In this document: positions 26,160 to 38,969 of the stretch, piece after piece
How the letters are laid out: every line of letters starts with the position of its first letter
How positions within the stretch are numbered: the first letter of the stretch is position 1
Assembly (NCBI GenBank): GCA_002104905.1
Contig: MCFE01000059.1
Coordinates: 62,001-126,000 of the forward strand
Reading direction: 5' to 3'
Length of the DNA stretch: 64,000 nt
Source: Basidiobolus meristosporus CBS 931.73
Lineage: Eukaryota > Fungi > Basidiobolomycota
Translations under genes and position numbers: made by a program
The notes under the pieces: model-generated
Seen by the model: only the letters and a program-made list of their open reading frames with translations
Told to the model about the DNA's origin: nothing
The model's database searches: none

Positions 26160-29100
26160 TGTTACAAGTCTTGGTATAAGGGTTGTAAAGGAATAGAGTG
26201 TTGAGCAAGTTTTGTATTCACTAAAACTTGAACTGATCTTTACTGAGGTTCCAGCAGCTCCTTATATACATTTTGCCAGATCAATTGCTGACTAGTTGTA
26301 TTTCCTAATGTAGGCTGTGGCTGTTCACTCATTTGATTGCATCATTATCACCCAGTAAGATCCTACTTAATATATCCATTTCCATCAGATGAGGATCTGC
26401 TGATTTGTTTGCTGACTAATACAACTGATTTGATAGATAATACTGATATACTGATAGGCTAAACATATAACCAGTGGATTTGACCAAAAACTGATATAAC
26501 TTAAACATTCAAGCGGCAGATCATAACATTCCCCCCTATTAAAGTTGAGTGGGTTCTCTTGAATCTCTGTTCTTGTGATACCAATATCTTGTTAGTTCAG
26601 CATTATCAGCAACTCTTGCAAGTTTGAGTCTGTCCCTATGTACTAAGTCTTCCCAAATATTGCCTTGTTTGTCCACTAGTTGGTAAGTTGCAAATGCACA
26701 TTCTTGGATGATCTTAAGAGGTCCTGGTCATTGTGGCTTAAATTTCTTCCAAGTGTTGTTTCTTAGCAATACAAAGTTCTCAACTGTCAATGCTTCTGGT
26801 GCTATAGTCTTATCAAATATCTGCTTCATCTTTTCTGCACTTTGAGATACTTTGATCTGTGCCTCTTGACAACTTTGTTCCAGTTAGTGGTGTTTACTTG
26901 GCTGACTGAGTTGATCTTCTAAAGCATCTGCAAGCTTTGGTTGTGTGAGATCTCCTGGAATCCTTGATTCACATTCATACACCAAGCAAAAAGAAAATTG
27001 TTGGGTGGTGTTGTGTACTCTGACTCTGCATGCAAAGAGTGCTTGGTCTATATGCTCATCCCATCTACTGACAACACCATTTGCATACTTGATCAGCATT
27101 TCTCCAAATAATCCATTAAGCCATTCAGTGGCTCCATCAGTTCTGGGGTGATATGCTGAGGTTTTCAAGGGCTGAATCTGCTGCATTTCCAGGTAAGCTT
27201 CCAATGTCTTTGCCATAAAGTTTGCACCTCTATTGGATAGAATCTCTACTGGGCATCCAAACTTTGCAAGGATCTCATGGTAGATGAAACTTGCAACTTC
27301 TTGTTCACTGGCTATAGGTACAGCTTTAGCAACTGGCCATTTGGTGGCATGGTGAATTGCTATTAGGATCCAATGGATGCATTTCCTGATAGTTGGAAGT
27401 CTTCCAATAAAGTCAATTCCCCATTTTCCAAGTGGTCTTACAGGCTCCAAGGGAAAGAGTTCAGTAATTCTCTGTGGTTGGCCTGGGTTGACCTGGCAAT
27501 TTGGGTATGTTTTCAGTAACTTCTCAATGTCATGTTTCATTCTGGGCCACCATACTCTGGCTTTCACAAGGCTATAGGTTCCTTCCATTCCAAGATGTCC
27601 ATATCCATTGTGTAGCTTATGTATGAAATCCAGGCAAGCAACATAAGGTCAATAGGCAATAGGGCTTCCATTAACAATATGGTGGAGTGTTTAATCCTGT
27701 ACTACAAATTTGCCAGCTTCATCCTGGATTATCTTCTTTATCTCTTCATCCACCTCATTAGGAATGGCTTGGTCCTTCAAGCTCTTAGGTAATAGGCTAG
27801 GCCAATCTGATTCATGTACCTAGTTGAGTTGTGGAACCTGTTCTGATCTTGATAAGGTGTCAGCAACCATGTTGTTTTTTCCTGGGCAGTAGAAAATCTC
27901 TAAGTCAAATTGCTGAATGTTTTCACTCCATCTTGTCATTCTTCTAGAAAGTACCTTTTAAGTAAATACATACTTGAGGGAGGTATGATCAGTCTTCACA
28001 GTGCATATGACTCCTTTAATATAGCATCTCCATGTCTTCAAACAGTGTATTATAGCAAGCATCTCCTTCTCATGCACTGGATAGTTTTTTTCTGCTAAGT
28101 TTAGTGTATTGGATTCAATGGCAACAGGATAGTGCTTTCCCTTGTATTTGTGACTCAACACTACACTAATTGCACAATCTGAAGCGTGTGTGCACAGAGT
28201 AAACTATTTTCTGGGGTCAGGTATTCTTAAGCTTGGCAGCTTAGTAAGCTCATTCTTGAGAGTTTGGAAGGCAATCTCACAAGCTATGTCCCACTTGTAG
28301 GTATTGTCTTTCATGAGGATATCAGTTAAAGGAGCTGCAATACTTACAAAGGACTTGACAAATCTCCAATAATAGGAAACCATTCCAAGGTATGATCTGA
28401 CCTCTGATATGCTCTGGGGCTGCTTCAGATTCTGGAGAACTTCAACCCACTTTGGGTTTAAGGTTAATCCTATGCTAGTCACTTTGTGTCCTAGATATTC
28501 CACATGTTCCTTGAAGAAATCTCACTTGGGTTGCTTGCCATAAATCTTACTCTCTATTAGCTTCTTCAAGTCCTTTTCAATGTGCACCAAGTGATCCTCC
28601 TCTGTCTTGTGGTATATCAGTTTATCATATAGGTATATTATCACAAACTTGTCTAAGTACTCCTGGAAGACAGTCTGCATCAGGGTCATGAGTGTTGCAG
28701 GGGCATTGGTGCGGCCAAAGCTCATGACTAAGTACTTGTGATGTCCATATCTGGTCCTGCTTGCTGGCTTAGAAATGTCTTCTGGCTTCACCCTGATCTG
28801 GTTGTATCCTGACATGAGGTCAATCTTGCTGAAAATAGTGGCTTCATTGAGTTGGTACAAAAGCTCATTGATTGAAGGTATGGGCTACTTATTCTTTACG
28901 GTAGCTGAGTTGAGGGCTCTGAAGTCAATGCATATCTTGAGTGTTGCCTCCTTCTACTTCACAAAAAGTACTGGTGCTCCCCAAGGTGAGTTGCTGGGTC
29001 TGATATATGCTTGCTCCAGTAACTGATATATTGTCTCTTCTTCTCTTCCAACTCCAATGGACACATTCTGTAGGTGTCTCACTCACTGGAAGGCTTTCTC

Positions 29101-31009
29101 CTGTTTCAATTGCATGATCTATGTCTCTGACTGGTGGTAGGCTTACAGGCTTATCTGGAAATAGGTATGAATATTCCTTCAAAAGAGTCTGGACATTGTG
29201 AGGTACGGGAGTAGAGGAATCCTCCTGTAATACTGCCATAAGGAACATCTGGGTGCCTTTTCTTAGTGCTCTACAGAACTGTGTCTTACTAAGTTCACTT
29301 GTTTCATGTAAAAATCCAGTCTGGCAGGTAATAGCTCAAAGGTCTTGTTGTCCTTCTAGATTTGAGTAGTATGAGTTCTCCAGTCAGTTAATGGATTACA
29401 ACAAAATAGCCAGGTTTTCCCAAGTTAAAGGTTAAACTTACAGTTCCCAAATATATAGGCCTGTGGATCTTCTTCATAGTCATGGATTTTCATCCTTACT
29501 GGCTGAGTAATACAGTTGATTATGTAAGAGCTCCCATCAGCTGTTGAGACTGAAGTTGATTTGGTGGGTTGCAAGTCAATTCCTGCTTACAAAGCAAATT
29601 GCTCTGACATGTACTCATGCAATGCTCCTGAGTCAATCATGATCTTGGCAGGTACTCCATTGATTACACCATTTAAGTATAATAGCTTTCCTGAGTTTGA
29701 GGTCATCTGGTATAGGTATTCTTCTGTCATAAGGAAGGTGAGTTCTGAGTCTTCTGCAAGTTTGTCCTCCATGTTACTATGCTCCAGGGCCTCAATAGGG
29801 TCAAAGGTTCTTGATGGCTGGTGTCCATTTCTTCTCTGAGGGCAGTACTTTGCAATATGTCCCTGCTGGTGGCAATTGAAGCAAAGTCCTCTCTTCTTAC
29901 ATTCTCCTGAGGTAGGATTCTTCTGCATAGCATCTATTTCCATTAGCACTGCTTCTGATTGTCTTCTTTTCTAGTGATTGTAATGCAGTTAGTCATTGTG
30001 AGCTCACCAACTCCCAACATAGCTGAGTCATAGTCCATGGAAATCTTGAAGGCTTCTTCAATAGTATGAGGCGTTCACCTTCACACTGAAGTTGCTCTTG
30101 ACAGGGTCTTGCTGGGTCCATGGTAGTCATTCCTTGTTGCTGTTGGGCCATGACTTGCAGCATAGCATTCTTCCATTCTTGATTTCCTGACATCTTGAGG
30201 GGGGCTTCTTCTTTCTTCAGAGGGGATGTTTCCAGCTCTTGCTGCTACCAATGTTACAAGTCTTGATAGAAGAGTTGTAGTGGAATAAGAAGTTTAGGTA
30301 GTATTGTATTCCCAACAACTTGAGCTGATTTTGTTGAGATTCCAGCAGCTCCTTACATTCATTTTGCCGGATCAACTGCTGACTAATTATACTTTCTAAT
30401 GTTGGTTGTGGCTGGTGGCTCATTTAATTTCATCATCAGCACCAAATAAGATTGTACTTAATATATTTATTTCTGTCTGATAAGGATCTACTAATTATTT
30501 TGGTGACTAATGCTACTGATGTTGAAATATTGGACTATTTGGTATCATTCAGCAGCTAAAAATTTACTTAACAATTGTAGACTAGTCTTAGTCACCGTAG
30601 GACTAATTTACTACCTTGACTTTGCCACTTTCTCCAGATATATGATCTTATGATTATTCCCCTATAATCAGGATCAAATTAGCACTATTACCAAACATTA
30701 TGTACTAGCCCTGCAACTGTTACAGAATGCTCCTGAATACTGAGAAACCCTCCCTACTTAGTGTTACAGCTGTATTACTTCTACAAAGGTATAAATACTG
30801 AGCTTCTATATGAATAAACAACAGTTCAACTATTATCACTATTTCTTGATAAGTTCCTTAAATCCAAATCACTTCTTAAATTGCAACAGGTCATGAGCCC
30901 CAATTGCCTTAATCTATTCTAAAGATGACTTCTACCAGCAAACAAAGAAAATACCAACATCTTCCCTGTAAAGGAGAGGTTTGATAGGAAGAACTACATA
31001 CTTTGGAGA

Positions 31010-33244
31010 ATGAAGATGCAGATCCACCTTGAGGAAAGAAAGCTTTGGAACATAGTAACAGGAAAGGAAGTTGAGCCCAAAGGAACAGCAGCAGATGTGA
31101 AGAAGTTTCAAGTGAAGGAGAGAAAGGCCTTCAATGCCATATACATCAATGTGCAAGGCTCCTTCATTGGACAAGTCCATGCCTCAAATACTGCCAAAGC
31201 AGCATGGGAATCCTTAAAGCAGATCTTTAGAGCAAAGTCAGTATCAAGCAAGCTTAATTTGAAACAAAAGATCTTCCACATGATGAAGAAGCCAGATGAT
31301 GTCATGCTACAACTCATTACCAGAATGGAGACACTTGCAGAAGAACTTTACAGTATTAATGCTGGTATAGATGATGAAGAAAAGCTACTCTCTCTGCTTT
31401 GCAGCCTACCAGACAAGTATGAGCCACTCATACTTTCTTTCGAAAGCAGAGAAGACAACTTGACTTTAGACTATGTCAAAGGAAGACTTCTCCATGAAGA
31501 ACTCAGACGTAATGATCAAGCAGGGAAAATTGAAGATAATGCTTTATTCAGTTCAGAAAGGCACACAGAAATGAAGGGAAAGCAACAAAACCAAAGAAAA
31601 CCTGGCTGCTGTAACTACTGTAAAAAGCCAGGACACTGGGCAAGAGAATGCAAGAAGAAACAAGCAGACAAAAAACAGAAACTAGAGCAGGCAAACCATA
31701 TAACTACTGATGAACAGTTATTTGTAGCTGTACAAGAGAGTGCAAGTAACCAAAGTAATGAATGGTATATTGACTCTGGAGCATCACAGCCTATTTGTGG
31801 TATAAAGGATTGGTTCAGCAACTTAAAAACTATTCCTGTAAGAAAGGTTTATCTGGGAGATAACTCTGCATTGGAAGCTACAGCCAGTGGGTCTATACAA
31901 CTAAATATGAGTGATAACTCAGGGGCAACAACAGCTAAACTGACTGACGTACTCTATGTACCTGGAATAGCTAAGAACCTACTCTCAGTTAGTAAAGCAA
32001 CTACTCAGGGACTGAAATTTGTTTTCACTAAGCTGAGCTGCTCAATATTGAGTGAAAATGGACAAAAATTAGCTTTGGGAATCAGAGATCACAATATATA
32101 CAAGTTACAATGCAAGATCATTGTACCTGAGTATGTCAACATTGCTGAAACTGATGAAACCAACTGGGAGACGTGGCATAGGAGGCTAGGACACATTGGG
32201 GAACAGAAAATGAGCCAATTAGTGAAAAATCAGCTTGTTTTGGGCCTAAAAAACTCAATTCCAATCAAATTGAATTTTTGTAAGGGATGTTCATATAGCA
32301 AACAAGCTAGGCAACATTTCAAGAGCTCACAAGGCATCAATACCACCAAAATATTGGCTATTGTACACTCAGACATATGTGGCCCCCTGAGAACACTGTC
32401 CTTTGGAACCAAGAGATACTTTATGATGTATATTGATGACAAGACAAGATATACATGGGTGTACTTCCTCAAAACAAAGGATGAAGCTTTAGAGACGTTT
32501 AAGCACTTCAAGAACATGGCAGAAACACAAACTGGGTGTAAATTGAAGGTACTACAAAGTGACAATGGAGGAGAATTCTGCTCAAAGGAGTTTGCAAAAT
32601 ACTGCTTGTTTACTGGTATACTTCAGCAGACCACAGTTCCTCATACTCCACAGCTAAATGCAGTAGCAGAATGTGCAAATAGAACAATAGTAGAGATGGG
32701 AAGATCTATGCTACATGATACAGGAATGGACTACAAGTTTTGTGTTGAATCTGTTGCTACCGCTGTATATATCAAGAACAGATGCCCAACAACAGCACTA
32801 CGTGATTCTACACCCTTTGAAGCATATACAGGCAAAAAACCAGATCTCCATCATCTCAAGATCTTTGGTAGTGATGTTTTTTATCACATCCCTGACAAAA
32901 AACGCTCACAGTTGGAACCAAAGAGTAGGAAAGGGACCTTTCTTGGGAATTGTGAAGATACTAAAGGGTATAGAGTGTATGATGGCAAAATGCAGAAGCT
33001 GATCAAGAGCAGGGACATTGTATTTGAGGACAATTCAGATCAGAAAGCCACAGAAATCATTGGTCAGCTGTCTGATGAAGCAATCAACACTAATGAAGAA
33101 GATACATACCAAATCCAACCAGATATGGAAGATACTTCTACCAGTTCCAGATCAGAACAGATTATCCCAGTTAGGAGATCTACCAGAATAAGAAATGCCC
33201 CTAGATCCTGGTGGCAGACATCCAATGATCATGAAGAAGCTTAG
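31010..33244 (+). CDS. Copia D gag-protease-integrase (premature stop; pol continues, disrupted, to ~34840)
   Basis: 744 aa: knuckle CNYCKKPGHWAREC, protease WYIDSGAS, WHRRLGH, integrase HSDICGP and SDNGGEF. Confidence 0.92.
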   Translation: MKMQIHLEERKLWNIVTGKEVEPKGTAADVKKFQVKERKAFNAIYINVQGSFIGQVHASNTAKAAWESLKQIFRAKSVSSKLNLKQKIFHMMKKPDDVMLQLITRMETLAEELYSINAGIDDEEKLLSLLCSLPDKYEPLILSFESREDNLTLDYVKGRLLHEELRRNDQAGKIEDNALFSSERHTEMKGKQQNQRKPGCCNYCKKPGHWARECKKKQADKKQKLEQANHITTDEQLFVAVQESASNQSNEWYIDSGASQPICGIKDWFSNLKTIPVRKVYLGDNSALEATASGSIQLNMSDNSGATTAKLTDVLYVPGIAKNLLSVSKATTQGLKFVFTKLSCSILSENGQKLALGIRDHNIYKLQCKIIVPEYVNIAETDETNWETWHRRLGHIGEQKMSQLVKNQLVLGLKNSIPIKLNFCKGCSYSKQARQHFKSSQGINTTKILAIVHSDICGPLRTLSFGTKRYFMMYIDDKTRYTWVYFLKTKDEALETFKHFKNMAETQTGCKLKVLQSDNGGEFCSKEFAKYCLFTGILQQTTVPHTPQLNAVAECANRTIVEMGRSMLHDTGMDYKFCVESVATAVYIKNRCPTTALRDSTPFEAYTGKKPDLHHLKIFGSDVFYHIPDKKRSQLEPKSRKGTFLGNCEDTKGYRVYDGKMQKLIKSRDIVFEDNSDQKATEIIGQLSDEAINTNEEDTYQIQPDMEDTSTSSRSEQIIPVRRSTRIRNAPRSWWQTSNDHEEA

Positions 33245-33591
33245 CTTGCCTTATGTGCCAAACCTCAGAATCTGGAACAGGCAATGCAAAGTCCAGATGC
33301 TACTAAGTGGCAACAAGCCATGCAGGAGGAGTACCAATCACTGATCAAGGCAAAAACGTAGGAACTGGTAGACTTACCAAGTGGGAGAAAGCCAATAGGA
33401 TGTAGATGGGTCTACAAGATGAAGATAACCTCAATTGGTGCCGTTGATAAGTACAAGGCTAGATTGGTAACTAAAGGCTATTCCCAGATCCATAGACTAG
33501 ACTTTAAGGAAACATTTGCTCCGGTTGCCAATTTAACTCTATTAGGACAGTTCTAGCCCTGGCAGCTGTACACAGTCTAGATCTACACCAG

Positions 33592-34578
33592 ATGGACGTC
33601 AAAACAGCCTTTCTAAATGGGGATTTGCAAGAAACTATATATATGGAGCAACCAGAAGGTTTTACCAATCCAAAAGGCCCCCATAAGGTGTGTAAACTTA
33701 GAAAATTGTTGTATGGGCTTAAGCAGGCACCCAGAGCATGGTATAACAAGATTGACACATATGTAGAGGAAATTGGGTTCTCTTGTAGCACTGCAGATCA
33801 CAGTCTATATGTGAAACAGCTCAAAAAGGGTGTGATCATCCTAGTTCTTTATGTGGACAACCTAATTATAGCTACAAGTGACCAAGAGGCACTTAAACAG
33901 ATGAAATCAGATCTCTTCAGCAAATTTGAGATGAAAGATCTTGGAAAATTGAGCTATTTTCTTGGAATTGAGATCAACTTTGACATACCTACGCAGAAAA
34001 TTGTGCTGAGTCAGTCTAAGTACATCAGGGACATTCTTAGACGCTTCAAAATGGAAAATTGCAAACCTGCAGCAACCCCTTTGGACAATAACCTGAAATT
34101 AAGCAAATCTCAGCCAGTTATAGATGAAAACAGCTCAAATATGGACCAAAACTTTCCCTATCAATCAATTGTTGGTAGCCTAATGTACTTGATGGTGTCT
34201 ACATGTCCAGATATTGCAGTAGCAGTTGGAATAGTCAGTCAATTCATGCAGAATTATGGATCAGATCAAATTGCAGCAGTTAAGCGGATTTTCAGATATC
34301 TACAAGGTACCATAAATTTGGTACTGGAATACTCTGGAGCAGCTAATAGGCAAATATTTGATGATTATAGTGATTCAGATTGGGGTAGGTATCTGATTGA
34401 CAGACACTCTACCACAGGCTATGTATTTCTTTATGCTGGTGCAGCTATTTCCTGGAATTGCAAGAAACAACCAACTGTGGCACTATCTACAACTGAAGCC
34501 ATATATATGGCTGCATGTCAAGCAACTAAGGAGGCTATATGGCTACAAAAATTATTCAAAGACTTAGGTTTTAATTGA
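33592..34578 (+). CDS. Copia D RT/RNase H segment
   Basis: MDVKTAFLNG, LYGLKQAPRAW, LYVDNLI, YSDSDWG, ALSTTEA. Confidence 0.92.
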   Translation: MDVKTAFLNGDLQETIYMEQPEGFTNPKGPHKVCKLRKLLYGLKQAPRAWYNKIDTYVEEIGFSCSTADHSLYVKQLKKGVIILVLYVDNLIIATSDQEALKQMKSDLFSKFEMKDLGKLSYFLGIEINFDIPTQKIVLSQSKYIRDILRRFKMENCKPAATPLDNNLKLSKSQPVIDENSSNMDQNFPYQSIVGSLMYLMVSTCPDIAVAVGIVSQFMQNYGSDQIAAVKRIFRYLQGTINLVLEYSGAANRQIFDDYSDSDWGRYLIDRHSTTGYVFLYAGAAISWNCKKQPTVALSTTEAIYMAACQATKEAIWLQKLFKDLGFN

Positions 34579-35312
34579 TGTAACCAACATGTATTTACAA
34601 GGATAATCAAAGTTGTATTTCATTAGCTAGAAATCCTACTAATCATGCCAGAACTAAGCACATTAAAATACAGCATCACTTTGTGAGGAAAGCTGTAGAA
34701 AATAACTTAGTGGAGTTAATTAACTGCCCAACTGACAAAATGGTGGCAGACATATTGACAAAACCACTAGCTAGGCCACAGTTTGAGATCCTTGGAGAGA
34801 AATTGAGATTAAGGAATTATTTAGTAGAGGGGGAGTGTTGAAATATTAGACTATTGGGTATCATTCAGCAGCTAAAAATTTACTTAACAATTGTAGACTA
34901 GTCTTAGTCACTGTAGGACTAATTTACTACCTTAACTTTGCCACTTTCTCCAGATGTATGATCTTATGATTATTCCCCTATAATCAGGATCAAATTAGCA
35001 CTATTACCAAACATTATGTACTAACCCTGAAACTGTTACAGAATGCTCCTGAATATTGAGAAACCCTCCCTACTTTGTGTTACAGTTGTATTACTTCTAC
35101 AAAGGTATAAATACTGAGCTTCTTCATGAATAAACAACAGTTCAACTATTATCACTATTTCTCAATAAGTTCCTTATATCCAAATCACTTCTTAAATTGC
35201 AACAACTGATTTGATAGATAACACCAATATACTGATATGCCAAACACAGAACTATTTGATTTGACTAAAAACCACTCTAACTTAACCAGTCAAGTGGTGG
35301 GACATAGAAAAT

Positions 35313-36085
35313 GCTTGGCATGATATGTATCTTCTTACATACATCTGCTGGCATCTTGTGTAGAGCTCATGCCACAGCTTTCTACTTAGATTCTCCACCT
35401 CTGCAAACTCTCTAAGGTAGCCAGTTTTGCAAGATTAATGAGTAGTGCTCAAGGATCTGTATGAAGGTCTATCATAGACACTTACACCATACCAAAATCA
35501 TTTGACAAGAACTCAAACAGATTTAACATCAACTTTTTTGGTCCTGCCTGCACTTGTGAGCTGGGGGATGTGTTTTTTTGGGGTGTACTAGAGATGAGTT
35601 GACACTTGGTAAAGGGACTATAGTGATGGATTTGGATGCTTATACAGTGATATATTGGCATCAGCCTGGTCTTATATATAGTATAAATGTATGCTAATGT
35701 AACTTTTGAATTCTTCATGCATGATGCTTCTTGGATTGCATTCACATGGGCTAGAACATATAATCTGCAGATTTCCTATTTTATAATAAGCTTGTCAACA
35801 TGTCCTCAAAAAAATTACCAAATCATTATTTGAGGATGATTTTTGCAGCATAATGATGTAATGAATGGCAATTGATGGATATGTCATCCTAGTCTATGGG
35901 ATGTCAGCTAAATTAAGTTGATTGTATCAAATTGATTCAAATCATGTAAACACATTCTTGTACCAATTTTAATATAACTTGCTCATCTGAAAGGTCAGAG
36001 TGCTAGATGGTGCTGTAGAGTGCTAGATTAATCTGACACTATAAACTGGCTGACACTATGTGTCACTATCCAACAAATTAAGTCT
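35313..36085 (+). mobile_element. Internally deleted Harbinger-family copy H3
   Basis: 35313-36000 is the reverse complement of ~37690-38380. It ends with a degenerate terminus ...CACTATCCAACAAATTAAGTCT. Confidence 0.65.
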
Positions 36086-36819
36086 AAAAACATGAGCATT
36101 GACTTGGTGGCCACTTACTGTTAGCCTGCTGGAAAACATCCAAATTCCTCCAGCAATGAATACAGCTAGCTGTCCAGGCTGGACATTGATTTATGACCAA
36201 ATGACAGTGAGACTACCATCAGATTTTGGCTCTGACACAGTAAGATAGGCAGCAGATTCAGGTTGATGAGAATCAGTGGCCATCAAGATTTGCTTGTAGG
36301 GTACATATTTGATCAGAATCCATCAAGCTCCAAGGCAAGGGCATGATTGTACATACCTTCAAAGGAGCCCTTGCTTCTAAGCAGTTTGTAATGTTAGTCA
36401 TTGTATACATTGGAATGGTGTGTGTATGATTGATACTAAGTGTAGACTCTATAGCTTTGCCAAATTTGGCAGACTGCATAAGCTTCTTTAGACAGGGTTT
36501 TACTGGAATATATCTTGGGTGTGAACAATATATTGCACCAATGGTGGTGAATTTATGACAAGTTAGACACCTTGCAATGGTGGCATTTCTGATGTTTATA
36601 TCATGTACAAGGTAGGTTGCATCCCAGGATGATATCAGACTTGTTCTGCTGGATAGAACCACATAGTGCCAGCCTGTTTATAGTGCCGGATTGATCCAGC
36701 ACCTTATTCCACTATCTGGCACTATAATTTCTACCATGATGCTAGTTGTATGATACACTTACTGATAATTTTACTCAATCTTACTTATGTTGCTCAGAAT
36801 AGTGCTTTCCTTGCTTTAT

Positions 36820-37746
36820 TTACTCTTTATGATGCTCCAGACACATTTCTCTGAGTGGATGTCTTCTTGTATGAGCATACTGTGCATTAATAAGTATCTT
36901 AACTATTTTACCTATTCTGCTGTTTTCACCTATATATGACTTTCCTCTGTATTTACCTACCAAAATGCTGAATCTCTTCAGATATCCAAATGTGTGCTCT
37001 ACCCTCACTCTGATATGATTAAATATCTCATTGTAGAGCTTCTACTTCTTGCTAAGCACACAATTCCTTGGCTTCCAATAAGCTGTAATACATCATAATC
37101 TGTGACAATCCTCTTCTATATAGGCTAAGTCTGCCATACATTTCTCCCCTCCACTGAATTCAGGATGATTCTCTGCCCAGAGGGCTTTGTCATGCCTGCT
37201 TCCATCAAATGACTCACTAAACCAGATAATGTTACCCTCAATGTCAGACAGTGCTTGAAACTTCAAACAGTGTGCCTTGTACTTGCAAGTATAAAAGTGC
37301 CTCTGCCCACTAGAAGGTCTGCTAATCCTCACTGGGAAGGTATCCAAAATACTCCTGATATTGAACCTGTTGCTCAACACTCTGGGATATGTAAGTCTAT
37401 TGGAGCTTCTGAACCTAGTATTCCAAGCTTGCTCTAAGCCATTCATACACTCTGCAAGGTGGTTCTCCATTGCTGTCAGCTGGGAATGAAAGCTTCTAGG
37501 ACTTTTGTTGCTATGGATGGTGAGATGAAACCTTGTAGGGCAATAGTTCTTGTAATAACAGAGAAGCTTAACAAGGCATCTCCTTGAGTAGATTGGGGTA
37601 GATGGTCCATAGTACTTGGAACAGATCTCCTCTAGTGTGTCAAAAGGAAATCCAGTGGTAGTGATGGGATTGATGAGAAAAGACCATTCGGATGAGTAGG
37701 TCATATTAAATCTGGTGGATGATTGTATGGAGGTGGTTTGAATCAA
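36820..37746 (-). pseudogene. DDE_Tnp_4-type (Harbinger/ISL2EU-like) transposase with one internal stop
   Basis: ILDTFPVRISRP..QRHFYTCKYKAHCLKFQ, FDGSRHD, MADLAY, then RVRVEHTFGYLKRF after the stop. Confidence 0.85.
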
Positions 37747-37965
37747 TTCGGCACAATCTGCATTATTTATCTGATTTTAATGCATTTTGATTAAATCTCT
37801 GTCAATTGCCAGGTATCCCATCATTTTGTCGCAAAAATCATCCGCAAACAATGCCTTGGTACTTTTATTGATGCTTTACTCATAGGTCTATAATCAAATA
37901 GGAAATCTGCAATTGATGTGATCTGATCTGTGCAAACATGATCCAAGATGCATCATGCATAATAT

Positions 37966-38574
37966 ATGGAAAATTCAACAATTACATTAGTTTTCATATA
38001 TATTTCATATAAGACCAGGTTGATGCCAATATACTGCTGTATAAGTATCCAAATCTGTTGCTATGGTCCCCATACCAAGTCTCAACTCATCTTTAGTACA
38101 AACCAGACAAAACCCATCCCCAGCTCACAAGCACAGTCCCAACCAGAAAAGTCAATGTTGAATCCGTTTGAGTTCCTGCCATATGATTCTAGTATGACCC
38201 AAGTGTCTATGAAGAGCCTTCATACAGATATTTGGGCACTATTGATTAATCTAGCAGAACTAGATACTTCAGAGAGTCAACAAAGATGGAAGAATTTGAG
38301 TAGAAAGCTGTGGCATGAGTTCTACATCAAGATGCCAGCCAATGTATGTAAGAAGATATATAACAAGACAAGTATTGAAATCAAGAATGAGCTGAGAGTG
38401 AGAGGATTTGATGAAGAAGCTACGTGGGAACAATTTTGCGCACAATTTGCACAGTACAGGCCAGACGCATCTGTTTGTGCCTCTACTTTGGGAACCAAAG
38501 AGATTTTGAATGAGTTTTTGCCTCAAATGACTAATGCACTACTTGATATATTAGTAGAGCTAAGTGGCTTCTGA
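37966..38574 (+). CDS. Second ORF of H1, possibly a Myb/SANT-like DNA-binding accessory protein
   Basis: Divergent from the transposase and repeated in H3. QQRWKNLSRKL resembles the Myb/SANT-MADF helix found in Harbinger ORF2 proteins. The true start is probably downstream of 37966. Confidence 0.5.
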   Translation: MENSTITLVFIYISYKTRLMPIYCCISIQICCYGPHTKSQLIFSTNQTKPIPSSQAQSQPEKSMLNPFEFLPYDSSMTQVSMKSLHTDIWALLINLAELDTSESQQRWKNLSRKLWHEFYIKMPANVCKKIYNKTSIEIKNELRVRGFDEEATWEQFCAQFAQYRPDASVCASTLGTKEILNEFLPQMTNALLDILVELSGF

Positions 38575-38686
38575 GAGCAATATACACAGGACTCATCCAG
38601 GCAACAGCTTCAAAGTATCAGACAGAGGGTAAGTGAATACCTTGAGGAATCAGATGGTGAGCTTCAGGAGGAAGAATATAGACCGC

Positions 38687-38969
38687 TGTGGTAGGGTAAA
38701 CATACCTCCCACAGAGAAGTTTATTCATATTGCCATTATGATATACTTACCCATATTTTATGTTATCAGTATTATCCCTTTCTTCTTTTACCCATATTAT
38801 CAGTACTATCCCCATATGATGTTTACCTTGATCAGTTATTAGCATTAGTTATCCCAGATGTTATTCAGCTTTGTAATCAGTATATATATCTACACAAGGC
38901 AAATACCCATGTCTCTACCTGTGACACATGACCTAGGTCTACGTTATCATCCCTACCATTTCAATACCA
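38687..38969 (+). mobile_element. Probable solo LTR related to the G1 LTR family
   Basis: Starts TGTGGTAGGGT and ends CATCCCTACCATTTCAATACCA, like the end of the solo LTR at 52018-52302. No TSD seen. Confidence 0.5.

Larger units (their letters stand above)
30520..35204 (+). mobile_element. Full-length Ty1/copia family D element with 369-bp LTRs and 5-bp TSD ACTGA
   Basis: LTRs at 30520-30888 and 34836-35204 (about 15 differences by eye). PBS GGTCATGAGCCC at 30889. PPT AGAGGGGGAG. TSD at 30515-30519 and 35205-35209. Confidence 0.97.
26160..35307 (-). mobile_element. Ty3/gypsy family G2 copy b; gag core deleted; 5' LTR split by copia D
   Basis: 3' LTR 26160-26528; 5' LTR 30252-30519 plus 35205-~35307. 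PBS TGGTAGCAGC lies next to the 5' LTR (tRNA-iMet 3'-end type). RT, RH and IN ORF fragments span 26884-28860. Confidence 0.9.

Noticed and set aside
35308-35312. AAAAT as the TSD of gypsy G2b (matches 26155-26159)
   Set aside because: The left flank is copia and the right flank is Harbinger, so they do not rejoin. The LTR end lacks CA, and an A-rich match is likely chance.
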